Assembly (NCBI GenBank): GCA_951406725.2 | Contig: OX597814.1 | Span: forward strand, 158,224,001-158,288,000 | Reading direction: 5' to 3' | Length of the DNA: 64,000 nucleotides | Source of the DNA: Octopus vulgaris | Taxonomy: Eukaryota | The notes under the pieces: generated by a model | Seen by the model: the letters and a program-made list of their open reading frames with translations, nothing else | Database searches by the model: none | What the model was told of the DNA's origin: nothing | Position numbers and translations under genes: made by a program | Part shown: piece after piece, positions 36,844 to 50,631 of the stretch | How positions within the stretch are numbered: the stretch's first letter is position 1 | Layout: each line of letters starts with the position of its first letter

Positions 36844-38317
36844 GTACGTGTTTCTATTTATAGTATTCTACAGCTTGTTAAAGCTTGTTTGAGTTTCGTG
36901 TTAAGTACATTTTTGTTATTGTTGTGTGCAGCTCCGCCATACATTAACACATTCCTGGTTTATTTTATACGCATAAAGGTTCTCTACAGATAGACAGAAG
37001 AGTTCTAGTTCATCTTTCTGTACGTGCTGCTCATAATTTTCTTTTGGATGCCAAATCGCAATTTGATCTGAACTGATTTTTTTTTATATGTTGTTGGTAA
37101 CATTAACATTACTTAACTGCTGTAATGTCTACTAAACTTTATTATGTTGCTTCCTGTGCGACGTGAAAATGACGATTATCATTAATTGAGGAAATGTTAT
37201 TTTGTAAAAGTTTGTTGTTTCTTAATTTTTTTAATATCATATGTAATTGGCAACGTTTCCGTTTTTATATTTAAATCTTGCGTTTCTTTACCGGATTTCC
37301 GATGTTCGTCTTTCGTCTAAAGCTGCCTTGCCGTGAAAATTTATAATATTATATCTGGGAAAAGTTTTGCGTTCAAACGTAATATACTGAATAAACAGAC
37401 TGTTTAATAATATTGTTTTTACTTGGTCCTTCAAATTTTCTTATAAGCAATTTATGATTAACTTGGGACAATAATGTCCCTATTTTCTTCAACGTTGCTA
37501 TACCTAGGGCACGGGACAATGTTCAAACTCATTAACGAATACGATAAACCTGAACATTGTTTTAACCTTAATATAGCAAAAACGTATTATATAATAAAAT
37601 ATGCATACGTTTGAGTGGGGAAGGGGAAACCAATAAATGGGTAATTACAAATATTTCATTTGTCGTGACCTGTAATCTTAGAAACCACATCCTACCTTCC
37701 ACAAATCTTTAAAAGGCTTGACAAAGGCGAAATTCGCAATAGAAGAAATAATAGAGGTAACAAAATATGGACATCTTTGTGTGGGACACGTAAATTAACT
37801 AAAGAGAGCAAAACCAAAGAAAGGTTAATGCAAATATGAAATATAAAACAAATTAAACCCTTAATGCTTCACATGCCTACAATAATTATATCGACCAAGT
37901 GGGATCTAAATAAATAGATTGGATTAGGGTGTATGAGCAACAAATAAAAGGTTCATCTCTAAGAAATATTCCATGATGTGAACATTTAATCATCTGTACA
38001 AAATAATCCTTGTTTCAAAATAAAGCAAGAAAATGATAAAAAACGAAAGACAAAAGAACACTACGTTATGAGAATTCTAAATCCCCAACCAAACCTGGAA
38101 TAGTCAACATCGCTACGAAAAATATATACAGATGGCGTTATAACAAATGTATCTGAAAAGTTGACAAACAAGCGCGCACAAATCATTTACATCCATACGG
38201 TCTATATCACTATGTCTTTTAAAGATATTTTCATATAGTTAATACATTTTAAAGTAAGAAAATATTTCTTCAAATATAATGTCTGTATTACGATTTCCCC
38301 CCAAATTATCTACCTAA

Positions 38318-38413
<96 letters not shown>

Positions 38414-38484
38414 CCTATCTATCTACCTATCTGTCTGTCTCTTGCTCTCTCTCCCTCTGTCTCTCTCTAATTCTCTCTCTCTCT

Positions 38485-39035
<551 letters not shown>

Positions 39036-39233
39036 GAAATGTTTTACCATCGTGGCCTAGCGTGTAGAAAAACTAGTCAATAGACTATATATTATTCATT
39101 ATATGTACAGTATACATTTAAACACATAAGCGATGGCCATAATCGGACATCTAAACCGCTAGAAGGAGTAGTTAAAATCCAAATCGCAATTCGGGGTAAT
39201 TCCGAAAGGGAATGAAAAATAAAAGCATTTACC

Positions 39234-39322
39234 ATCTATTTCCTGGACCATGGTTTTAAGCTATCTTCAGAAAATAAGGTAATTTGCTAGGCGAAGCTCT
39301 CATCAGCAGGAAAGCCATAGAT
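39234..39322 (-). ncRNA. Type-I hammerhead (G12>A)
   Basis: AUCUA-UGGC-UUUCCUG-CUGAUGA-GAGCU-[32 nt]-AGCUU-AAAA-CCAUGG-UC^-CAGGAAA-UAGAU. Confidence 0.75.
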
Positions 39323-39721
39323 TAACATATAAGCCTGATGGTAAATGTTTCTATTTTTCAGTCCCATTCGAAATTGCTCCTAATTGTTGTTTGTATTTTA
39401 ACTACTACTTCTAGCGGGTTAGATGTCCGATTATGGGCATCTCTTATGTATAAATGTATACTGTATATTTAATAAATAATATATAGTCTATTGACTAATT
39501 TTTTCACATGCTAGGCCACGGTGGTAAAAAATTTCTAAATAATATTTTACTACCCTGAAATTTATTAATAATAATTTTTTGGCTAATTTTAAAAGAAAAT
39601 CGGCATTATTTCTATTTGCTGTCGGTAAAAAACTGCGCTTGCGCGGTAGATTTGAAAAATTATAACATGTAAGCACGAGGCATGTTCTGTATTGCCTCGG
39701 GCCTATATGTTAATCTTTGGC

Positions 39722-39796
39722 TTTCCTGCCGATGAGAGCTTCGCCTAGCAAATTTCTTTTTTTGCTGATGATAGCTTGAAACCATGGTCCAGTAAA
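39722..39796 (+). ncRNA. Type-I hammerhead (U4>C)
   Basis: UUUCCUG-CCGAUGA-GAGCU-...UAGCAAA/UUUGCUG...-AGCUU-GAAA-CCAUGG-UC^-CAGUAAA. Confidence 0.75.
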
Positions 39797-39839
39797 TAGA
39801 TGTCCGATTATGGCCATCTCTTATGTGTTTAAATGTACA

Positions 39840-39884
<45 letters not shown>

Positions 39885-39887
<3 letters not shown>

Positions 39888-39980
39888 GACGGGCTCCTAT
39901 CAGCTTCTGTCTACCAAATCTAATCACAAGGCTTTGGTCGGCCCGTGGTTATAGTAGAAGACATTTTCCCAAGCTGCCAC
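39885..39980 (-). mobile_element. SINE family A core fragment
   Basis: GACGGGCTCC...CACAAGGCTTTGGTCGGCCC...GAAGACATTTTCCCAAG. Confidence 0.8.
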
Positions 39981-40125
39981 TCCTTTATATATAATGTTAC
40001 ATAATATAATATATGCATACATAAATACACGCGCACACACACAACACACACATATATATATGATTATAAATTAGGGTATCTACGAGATACCACCATGCTT
40101 AAAATAGCAGTGTCTGTGTGTGTGT

Positions 40126-40183
<58 letters not shown>

Positions 40184-40919
40184 ATGTGTGTATGTATATG
40201 TATATACATGTGTATATATGCAAGTATATATACATAAATACACAAACGTACTCACACACACACGCACACACATATAGGCATGTTGGTGCAAACAGCGAAA
40301 ATAGAGCAAAAAAATTTTACTATATGTATATTTTTATTAATATTCATATTTACGAGAAGTATTTTTCCGCATATTTTGACAAAAAAAAATTCTGAAAAAT
40401 AAATTTTACAAAACTTTTTGAAATTTTTTTTTCAGAATCATAATCTCCATATTTTCCCGCATATTTTTTTTTTAAAATTCTGAAAAGTTAAAAATGAAGA
40501 ATTTGGCGGTGGGAGTCGTAATTTCAAAATGCCGATTTTTGTCATTTTTTTTTTTTTTCAGATTTGTATTCTCCGAAGCCGAAAACGGGGTTTGTATAGA
40601 AAAAAAAATTAAATATAAATAGGTCTGTTTTTGTTTTGGTGGGGTGCAAAAGGGAGTCTTGCCCTCTACACTAACACATGTGTCTATGTGTACGTGGGTA
40701 TATGCTCATGTGCGCATGTTGCTTGCACATGTCTCTCTCTCTCTCTCCCTCTCCCTCTCTGTGCATGTGTGCACATATATGTGTGTGAGTGTTTATGGGT
40801 TTACATTTTGTGCGAGTGTGTGTGTACTTATGAGCGTGCATTGTGTCTGTATGCGTTGTGTGTGTCTGTGTGTGTGTGTATTTGTGTGTGTGTATGTGTG
40901 TGTGTGTGTGTTTGTGTGT

Positions 40920-40987
<68 letters not shown>

Positions 40988-42616
40988 CTTGATGGCAATC
41001 CATATATACGAAGATTTGTTAAGCGGACGAAAGGATCTGTAATGTCAACGAAGTAAAGCAAATCACAATTATACACATCTGTAGATACATAGTAAGGTAA
41101 CTAATCATAAATACCAGTAACAAGGCACACCGGCGTCTATTTATAAGAACGTTAATGCATGCGTGTGTTTAATGTGCGTGTGTGGAGGGGGCACGCATGT
41201 GCGTGTATATGTGAGAGTGTTTTTATGTGTTCTTGTTTTATCAAAAGCAACAAGTCCGACAAAATGCATTTTGTTTCAAGTGGAGGTACAGACACTTTGT
41301 TTTTTCTTAAAGCATTGACATTGAAACTTCGTACTTTGAGTTCCACGATTCGAAGTGGCTTGACTTTATTTCCTTGCGCTAGTAACTCAGGAGCATTTAC
41401 ACATTCACGTGCCTTCATACTCACACAAATAAACATATGCACACACTCACACATAGAAAGGAAGCTAAGAATCAACTGTCTTAAAGTATATAAAAACCAA
41501 CGAACATCGAATAAAAGACTCAACGTACACGAAACAGTTTGCATATCTTCTTGTGTGTCACTGTGAATGTATAATGGATGAAATATATGATTTAAAAAGA
41601 AAATATGTATACTAGGTCTTTGCGTACATTTCTGTGTTTGTGCGTGTATGTGCGTATTTGTATCTCTCTCTTTCTTTCTCGTACCCCATCTCTCTCTCTC
41701 TTCCCTCTCTCTGTTTTATACGAGATCTTTTATGTGTGTGTCTATCTTCATCTCCTGGTCATTTTTATACTATATTATAAGATTATCTTTTATATGTTTT
41801 CTAGCTCTTATGTCGATTATTAACAAAATTAAATAAATAAGTCTTCTCGTATTTTTGTGTCTGCGTATCTCTCTTTTCATGAATAAGGTCTTCTTGATTA
41901 AGTTCACATGGGGCAAAATAACAACTACTATAGTTTATTTTGTTATAAACTGATGTTTTTTTTTACCTTGTGCCATTATATTGTTTAATACAAACTTTCT
42001 TTCCGTCAAATGAAAATATAAAACTGTAGAACGATGTAGTTAATGGCGGTATTTGTGTATCTTTCTACATAATTGTAGATCTCTGGCTTCATTTTCTGTC
42101 TCGTTTCCTTTTGTTATCATTTTCAAAAGTATAACTGGTAATTGCGTTTGCCACTTCTCAAGTCAATTAATTCCAAAGGAAAATAAGTCTTCTTACGTCT
42201 GTGAGTTGTGTTCATCAATTTTATGTGTATATGCGGTCTTCTCAATCACGGCTTAAATAGGGAAAACTACGACAGTTGCAGTAGCGACTACTTCAGGTTA
42301 CTGACTTTCCTATCTTTCTTTGTTATACTTTTTATGTAAACTTTTGTGTGAGCAATTAAGTTAATGTAAAACTGCATTGTAACGTTGTTAATAACTGCGC
42401 GCACACCTGTATGAGTATTAGAGATTGTGAATGCGCGCGTGATGGATGTACGAATATATGCGCATGTATTTCGGACTGAATCATAACTATGAAATTCCAT
42501 TACCTGCTGAAAATTGGCATAAAACTGGTTTTGTACCCAGCTTTTATTCGGTGTATGCGCTGTACTACAGACAAGGAATTCAGACAGAATTCTGTGTTTA
42601 GTTAATACACACACAC

Positions 42617-42683
<67 letters not shown>

Positions 42684-43081
42684 ACACACGCACACACACA
42701 CACATGTATGTATGTATTCATATGTTCATGCATACATACATACATACATACATACATACATACATACATACATACATGCATACATACATACATACATACA
42801 TATGACTTCATTTTTTCGGCTAGCCAGTATTGAACAGTTTGCCGAAGGCTAGCAAGCTAACCTCTTCAAGTTACTGTCATACCTATTTTTGAAAAAGTTT
42901 AATAATGTTACTAAAAAAGTGTTGAGTAATTCTGCAGGTTAATGCTAAATTGTTTGTGTGTGTGCGTTCTTGTGCGTGTTTCGTTATGCGTGTGTATATG
43001 TGTATGGGTGCATGCAAGTATGTGTGAATGTGTGAGTACTGGAGTTAGCAGTCTAAACACACAGAGCCCACTCAAGCCATA

Positions 43082-43117
<36 letters not shown>

Positions 43118-43118
<1 letters not shown>

Positions 43119-43506
43119 TCTTTTACTCTTTTACTTGTTTCAGTCATTTGACTGCGGCCATGCTGGAGCACCGCCTTTAATCGAGCAACTCGACCCCGGG
43201 ACTTATTCTTTTGTAAGCCCAGTACTTTATGTCCCCGCTAAATAACGGGGACATAAACACACCAGCATCAGCTGTCAAGCAATGCTAGGGAGACAAACAC
43301 AGACACACAAACACACACACACACACGCATATATATATACATACATATATACGACGGGCTTCTTTCAGTTTCCGTCTACCAAATCCACTCACAAGACTTT
43401 GGTCGGCCCGAGGCTATAGTAGAAGACATTTGCCCAAGGTGCCACGCAGTGGGACTGAACCCGGAACCATGTGGTTGGTAATCAAGCTACTTATCATAAA
43501 GCCACT
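43118..43506 (-). mobile_element. SINE family A, full length (tRNA head, CORE-like domain, (TG)n, LINE-like tail)
   Basis: Minus strand: GTGGCT..GGTTCCGGGTTCAGTCCCACTGCGTGGCACCTTGGGCAAATGTCTT...CCAGCATGGCCGCAGTCAAATGACTGAAAC(AAGTAAAAG/AGTAAAAG). Followed by an older 3' half at ~43509-43740. Confidence 0.92.
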
Positions 43507-43773
43507 AATCTTTTACCTGCTTCAGTCACCAGACTGCGGAGATGGTGGGGCACCACCTTAAAGAATTTTAGTCAAACGAATCGATCCTATTCCTTACTTT
43601 TTATTTAAGACTGATATTTATTCTATTGATACCCATGTGCCGAACCGCTTAGTTGCGGGGACGTAAACACACTAACACTGATTGTCAAACAGTGGTGGGA
43701 AACAAACACAGACATAAAGACACAGGCACAAATACACACACACAAAGATACACACACAAAGACATATATACAT

Positions 43774-43853
<80 letters not shown>

Positions 43854-43929
43854 ATATATATGTATAATGAAAAATGATTAAATACTACAAAACGTAGACG
43901 TAGGACAGACACAGAAGGACCCTAGTTCT

Positions 43930-43989
43930 TCATCAGTTATCGACCAAAATACTAACACTCAGTTTCATGCCTTTAACGATAAGACTGAG
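43930..43989 (-). ncRNA. Rearranged hammerhead ribozyme, copy D (perfect core and helices I/III)
   Basis: CUCAG-UC^-UUAUCG-UUAAA-GGCAU-GAAA-CUGAG-UGUUAGUAUUUUGGU-CGAUAA-CUGAUGA. Predicted cut between 43983 and 43982. Confidence 0.8.
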
Positions 43990-44298
43990 ATGGTGTCGCA
44001 AAATATATATCGTCTTTGTATCTTTCTTTCTCTCTCTCTCTCTCTCTCTCTCTCGTCTTCATATTTCTTTTCTAGCATCCCAACTTCCTCTCTCCTTCTC
44101 GTCTTCTCACTCGTAATTGTAGACCTTCTCCCTTCCTTCTTTCTCTGTTCTCTTTGTCTCTCTCTCTCTCTCTGTCTTTCCCGCTCTCACATCCTCCTTT
44201 CCTTTTATCTCCTGCCCACGCGTGATCCGTGACTAATTTGGTCAACTCGGAACCATCTGTGTGGACGGCCATGTTTGCGCTTATAAAATAATCTCACG

Positions 44299-44370
44299 TG
44301 CTGTGGCCAGGATTCGAGCCTGTATTACTACGGCCACAACGTGAGGTTCTAACCACTAGACTATCGCGGC
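44299..44370 (-). pseudogene. tRNA-His(GTG) pseudogene
   Basis: GCCGCGATAGTCTAGTGGTTAGAACCTCACGTTGTGGCCGTAGTAATACAGGCTCGAATCCTGGCCACAGCA. Anticodon GTG; acceptor-stem mismatches; T-loop GGCTCGA; no T-run terminator. Confidence 0.85.
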
Positions 44371-44499
44371 CAACAGGTTATATATAAGTAGGCTTAACTT
44401 ATCTTATTAACTGAAACGGGGTGCATCAATTAATAGATGTTGGTAAAGCAAATCCTCTACAGTAGAGAGACATTACTCAACACAGTCTGCATTCCGAGC

Positions 44500-44830
44500 G
44501 ACACATGTGCGTTACCGTTGAACGCATCTCATGAATCCTCTTTGAAATAATTCAGTTTTTCAGTTGTATTCACTTCTTCACAGCCACTTTCACCTCGTCT
44601 GTATCATTAAATCATCGTCCCCGAAGACCCTCCCTCATCGAACCAAAGAAGAGAAAGCCGGATAGTATCAAATCCGGACTATAAGGGGGATGGTAACCAC
44701 TGATATGCTGTTTATCGTTTGCTTGATTTATTGTCAGATATATATAGTCGCACATTGTCATAGTGAATGTGGGTTGTTTTCAGATTCTTCTTTGGGGACT
44801 TCTTAATAGCTCCCATAAGCTTTTTGAGCG
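44500..44830 (-). mobile_element. Mariner transposase C-terminal remnant
   Basis: PYSPDLILSGFLFFGSMREGLRGR*FNDTDEVKVAVKK*. Confidence 0.75.
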
Positions 44831-46073
44831 TGTCAGCCTATCAAAAGCTGTTCACGATATGGCTACTTTCTAGAAAATAAAGGATATAAAAAAATCACTT
44901 TAGACCAAAGTTTTTTAGACCATAGCGCATTAGACCGAAATGTTTTAGACGAAAAGTCCAAGGACCGTGTGCGTGTGTGTGCGTGTATTATGCAACACCC
45001 TTGAAGCATTTACTCAATACTAAAATGCATCTTTATGCATGACACTTCAATAACAGGATCAAAAGAAATCAAAATTTCGGCATACAAAACTGTAAAAGTT
45101 CGAATACTAATACAGTCAATTATATTAAGCCAGTTATGTGGCAATACTTAATTTACAAAGTCCAGCAAATATATGAAGAGCTGACAGCCGTAGAGTTTTA
45201 ACACAACGATTTCAATTAATTGTAAAATATCTTAATATGGGACTTTTAATCTCTGGCAGTATTCCCCGCCATATTCTATCAATGATTATGTATACCAGCA
45301 CAAGTTTTCAGATTTGAAGCGGTGGAAAAAAATTCCAAAGACTATTTATATCATAATGAAGTGGAATATCTTTTACGGTATAACCAGTTTAGGAGATTAA
45401 GTTTATTGTATGTTGTTCCGTAATCATTTCGAGAAGATTTCAGTAACGCCATCTTTTAAATTTAATGTTTGATACACTTACTGCAGGGAGCATGGAAACA
45501 AAACCAAGTAGAAATTATGCCTTGAGAAAAACGTAATTATTAGTCAATGTTTAATAATATTTTCTTTCTTTTGGCAAGATAACAATTCTCGGTATGTTTC
45601 CACGTGATAACAATCCTCACTATGTTTCAGCATTTGTTTTTCGCATTGGGAAATTAAAATGAAATATGATGTAATTGACTTACACAATAAACAATGCAGC
45701 TCATTACAAATGTGAAACAACTGCAACGACAGATTACCTCTTCACTGCACTACTTGCCGTTTAGTGCTTAGTTACTGATGTTATAAATATAAATAAATCG
45801 CATATATGTGTATTCTACACTAATAGCATGAATATACATTAATTTCGCGGTTTAATTTCGCTTGCATCTTATTATCTTTCCAGCTTTATTAAAACATTGG
45901 AATCTCTCTGTTGCACAAGTTCTTGCCCTCAGGCAAATGTGTTTATTTCTGTTTCGTTTGCTAGATGAAATAAAATCATACATGTTTCTATTTATCTTTC
46001 TCTCTCTCTCCTCTCTCTCTAGCTGTCTCTCGCTATAAACCTCTCTGCCTCACTCTTTCACTCTTTATTTCAC

Positions 46074-46131
<58 letters not shown>

Positions 46132-46357
46132 GCATACATACATATATAGAGATAGATAAATAGATAGACAGACAGACAGGTAGATAGATAGATATTGAGG
46201 CCTTCGTTAACTTTATAGCCAAGAAAATAAAACATGATGTTAATTTAATTTATAATAACTCAATAAAAACCAATCAAAATGAAAGGTTGGTACATAACTT
46301 GAAGGTTCTTCTTTAGCTAATATCATGGCGCCCACCAAATTAGCTTTTCGTAGGCCC

Positions 46358-46417
<60 letters not shown>

Positions 46418-46422
46418 GTGTG

Positions 46423-46453
<31 letters not shown>

Positions 46454-47116
46454 TTGTGTGTGTGTATGTGTGTGTGTGTGTATGTATATATCTTACTATA
46501 ATTGGCCTTATGTCTGTCCGTGACAGACAAATCTTCGTAGTCTTACTAAGGACGTGTCGAGAATGGTTTATATCTTGTTTAAAAACTTTTATTGGAAAGA
46601 CTTGCTACACTGCTTCGTTTCGTACGAAACTAAGGAAGCTATTTCCGTATACATAAATAATAATAAAGTATAAGGTAAACGGCCTCAGTAACAAGACAGA
46701 AACAAAAACCTAAATGGTATTTATGAAAGATCAAACAGTACTTTCAATTCTTCTTTCATTATTATCTTTACAACGGTTCTGGGCGTTGATGGGGTGTGCG
46801 ACACACAAAGTCAGTGAGAGACGTACAGGGACACACAGGGAGACACAGACAAAAAGAGAAAGACAGAGACAGAAAAAACACATATACACAGAACCAGAGA
46901 GAAAGAACACTGTGAGTGTGTGTGCATGCGTTTTCTTTTGCATTGATGGAGAAAAGAGAACGAGAAAGGAGAGAGAGAGAGAAAGAAAGAGAGAGAGAGA
47001 GAAAGCACTGACAGACAAAGAGAAAAAAATACAGTGTGTGTGTGTGTGCGTGTGCGTTTCTTTTAACCACATCAACACACTTCCTCTACAACGATGTCAA
47101 TTTCGTACAGCACCCA

Positions 47117-47325
47117 AGACAAAAAATAAATAAATAAAAACAATAATGTTAATGGCCACATGATTAACAACTTCCCAGGAGAAAGTCAACAATATTTAAG
47201 TTTGGACGCTATATTCGATGGAAATTATCACCTGTATCCACAGGATTTCCTCAACACCTTGAATACATCGGGACTACCTATGCATAGGATCTCACTGAAA
47301 AAGTATTGTCCTATAATGCTGCTGT
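47117..47325 (+). mobile_element. Helitron PIF1-like helicase fragment
   Basis: FPGESQQYLSLDAIFDGNYHLYPQDFLNTLNTSGLPMHRISLKKYCPIMLL matches the YPxEFLNxLxxSGLPxHxLxLKxxxPIMLLRN motif; cut by a SINE-C head fragment (47326-47348). Confidence 0.85.
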
Positions 47326-48656
47326 GAAGGCGCATGGCTCAGTGGTTATTTTAACTGTAGCTGCAATATTTTAAGTATAAATATATCTGTCCTGTACTTT
47401 TCCAGGTTTAATAACTTAAGAATATTAACCTCCATGTGTCCGCATTTTTCATTGTAATCCACATTTTTTAGGCAATGCAATTAAACTAATAGATAAAAAA
47501 GATAAATAGATAAAAACTAATGATTAAAAAAGTTTTCATTTTATTTTATACTTTTCTTGAATAATTTTTCAATTATTTTTCATGTTTGATGATTGAATGA
47601 AAATAAGAATATTAATCTAAATAAATAACAAATAAATAGTAAGAGCACATTAGTTACACTGGCTCATGATAAAATCGAAAACTGTAACTAAGATTAGAAA
47701 ATGAGCGAATGCATTCACACTGCGGCACGTGGAGCCATGCTCCCATGGTAGGTAACCTACCACCACTGTAGAGAAAATTATTAGAATAAATTAATAGAAA
47801 TTGATTTATGCTACAAAAGTGGTGCTGCTCTTCCTCGCTCTCTGTCTCTACATTTGTGGCGAGGATATGATGTTATTTCTAGCATTTGAAGTATCTCCAA
47901 AAAGGCTTTACCCCCATAGCAGCAGAAAAAAAGAGAAAGAGAAAGAAATCTTACTGTGATGTAACAAATATAACTGTATACTAAAAAAAAAATAAAAATC
48001 AATGGATTAAGCGCCACATACTTTTTTTGTCACTTCATACCTTACGTTCTACAAACTTTAATGCATAAAATAGCATTTTTAGACACCTCTCGTTTTGATT
48101 TATCATTTGAGCGTAAATGAAATATAGATTGTTTTTAAATTAGGAAAGTTTTTTGAAGCCAAAGTCGATTGGAGGTGTCCCTTACTTTTTTCGGCACCTT
48201 AGGCTTCACAAATTCTTTGTATTAAAAATTCTATTGATAATAGTGAGGTCTTTGTTCCATCATTCAAGCTTAGATGAAAATTAAACATAGTTTGCTTTTA
48301 AAATAAGAGAGTTAGAGTTACTTTGATTCAAAGTCGATATTTCGCTTTACTATCCCCTTTTGTACCTCGCATATTTTAACGTAACTTTTTCCCCCGGTAC
48401 CAAATTTTAATATTTTATGCTAAAATGTAGCTTGGGAGGTGACTATTATAGAACTGATAACAGTTTTAAATTTGTTTGAAAAATCAGTCAATGACAAAGC
48501 TTTGAAGAAGCTGCCAGTGAGTAAATGTTGGCCTTGAAAATATTATTCAACCACTACCGTGGTTGAATGATATGTGTGTGTGTATGTATTAAATAAAATG
48601 AGACAACACAGCCAAAACTATGTGGTATTTCCAGGATATTTATAAAGAGAAAGTTA

Positions 48657-48704
48657 ATCTTACAGCTGTTTCTGGGATGCTGAGGATATCCCTTCATCAG
48701 AGAC
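48657..48704 (-). ncRNA. Minimal type-I hammerhead with intact core, in a short element between microsatellites (~48585-48840)
   Basis: GUCU-CUGAUGA-A-GGGAU-AUCCUCAGC-AUCCC-A-GAAA-CAGCUG-UA^-AGAU. Confidence 0.8.
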
Positions 48705-48845
48705 GATGTGAGATGGTTAAACAGAGGGAAATATTAAAGTTCAGTATTAGGAGTTAATAATGAGTATATAGGGAAATAGGAGAATGAATGTAGAAATAAA
48801 AATGTATAAAGATGTTATAGTTGCAGTTCCATAAACGATATATGT

Positions 48846-48946
<101 letters not shown>

Positions 48947-50631
48947 CACGTGTGCAGTGCGCGTACACACATGCACACTCACACACAAAGGAAACTGAAC
49001 CTGCCATGTAATTAATATTGATACTTTTTCCACTGGATGTTGTATTTTTTCTATTCTAAAGGGAACTATTAACTACATATAGATTCACGTATATATATTT
49101 CACCAGTATCTATGTCAAGTGTGTTTACAACATTTGTTCAAAATATTCGTTTTTCAAAAACCAGTAAAGCAAACCATCGGCTGTCATAATCTAATATTCT
49201 TTTTCTTTTTACGTTATCTCTATTCCTAACATCGAATACACTCGATTACTCACGAAAATTTGACAAGTAAACCACAAAACTAAGTGGAAATATCCTGAAG
49301 GATTAGTTTAAATTTTCTACTTATACGAAATGATAAAGAAATACTGCTGTTTGATATTTGCAAATATAAACGGAAATTGATATATTTCAATCATTTTACC
49401 CTGTAGCAATAACATTTATATTAAAGCCATTTTAAGCTAAATATCATTACTTTTATGATAGAAATAATTCTTTCTAGATATAATTAACCAACCAGTTAGA
49501 TGTTTTCAAAAAATATTTTCATCGCTTGTTCAGTGAAGAGAGGTCAGCGACGATTATACTTTTTAGGGTCTCTCTGAATGGTGTGTGAAAGAGAAGTAGT
49601 TATCATCATATGAATTCTTCTCTATGTGCAATAAGAAACTGATTCACTTGCACGATGTTGTATTACACTGAAGCAATTGAACTATGGATATATCGATTAT
49701 AGGAAATTTTTGCTATGAAATTGTCTTTCTGTTACAATCAATTTGAACACTTTGAAATTGTCTTATTTCTTGTATTGTATGATACATTCAATAAAATTCT
49801 AAAACTCTTGAGAAAAAGAATAATTTTAATTCCATGCATCTTCAAATTGATCTAATTTCCAAATTTAGTTACATATTCTAAAAATCTACTATTTCTCAGC
49901 GTTTCAAACAAAAAGCATTATCAGTTTGTGTTGCTATGAAATATTTCTGTTTTATGATTACCAAAAAAATAATACAAATTAAACGAAATTAAAGTTTGAA
50001 TTATCTGAATTATATTTTATCTCAATATAGAAACAGCAGCTGTTATTCATAATGTATGACTTTGAAAAAAAACCTGCTATTGATTTACAATCTGTCAAAT
50101 GTATATGTAAATGTATTGTAGAAAAACTGCGTAATAAAAATGTGATATGTGGACATGCGATATCCACTTACAACATTGCCTTAAACTGAAAACTTGTTTT
50201 AAATCAGTACACCTACATAGTAATCCTGTATCAAAAAAATAGACTCTTTGGATGAATGACAAAATAATGCAGTAAGTTATTACATTAGATTTTCATCCAA
50301 CTGAACAGAGTCTTCATATCTTACGGGTTTTGTTGTGAAGATGCAGTATAAATGATCGTTCACTGCTTTTAGTTATAGATTTATCTATTTCATATATTTG
50401 TTTTTAGAGATTGATACATTTTATCTATCGCGTGTTTATCCTGCGTGACCTGTCTTCCGAAAACCGTTAAAAAGTTATTACAGACAATGCACGACTTAGC
50501 GTGAAAATCTCAGTAAATACATACGACGAACCGTGCATCGTAATATTAAACTGTCAGTTTGATAATAGGGAAGATAAAATATAATGATATTGAAATATAT
50601 TTAAATTTGAATTGCCTTATTAAAAAAAAAG

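Noticed and set aside
44880-44968. 15-bp periodic TTAGACC repeats ending AAGTCCAAGGACCG
   Set aside because: Probably one subterminal end of a MITE; the partner end was not found, so not called.
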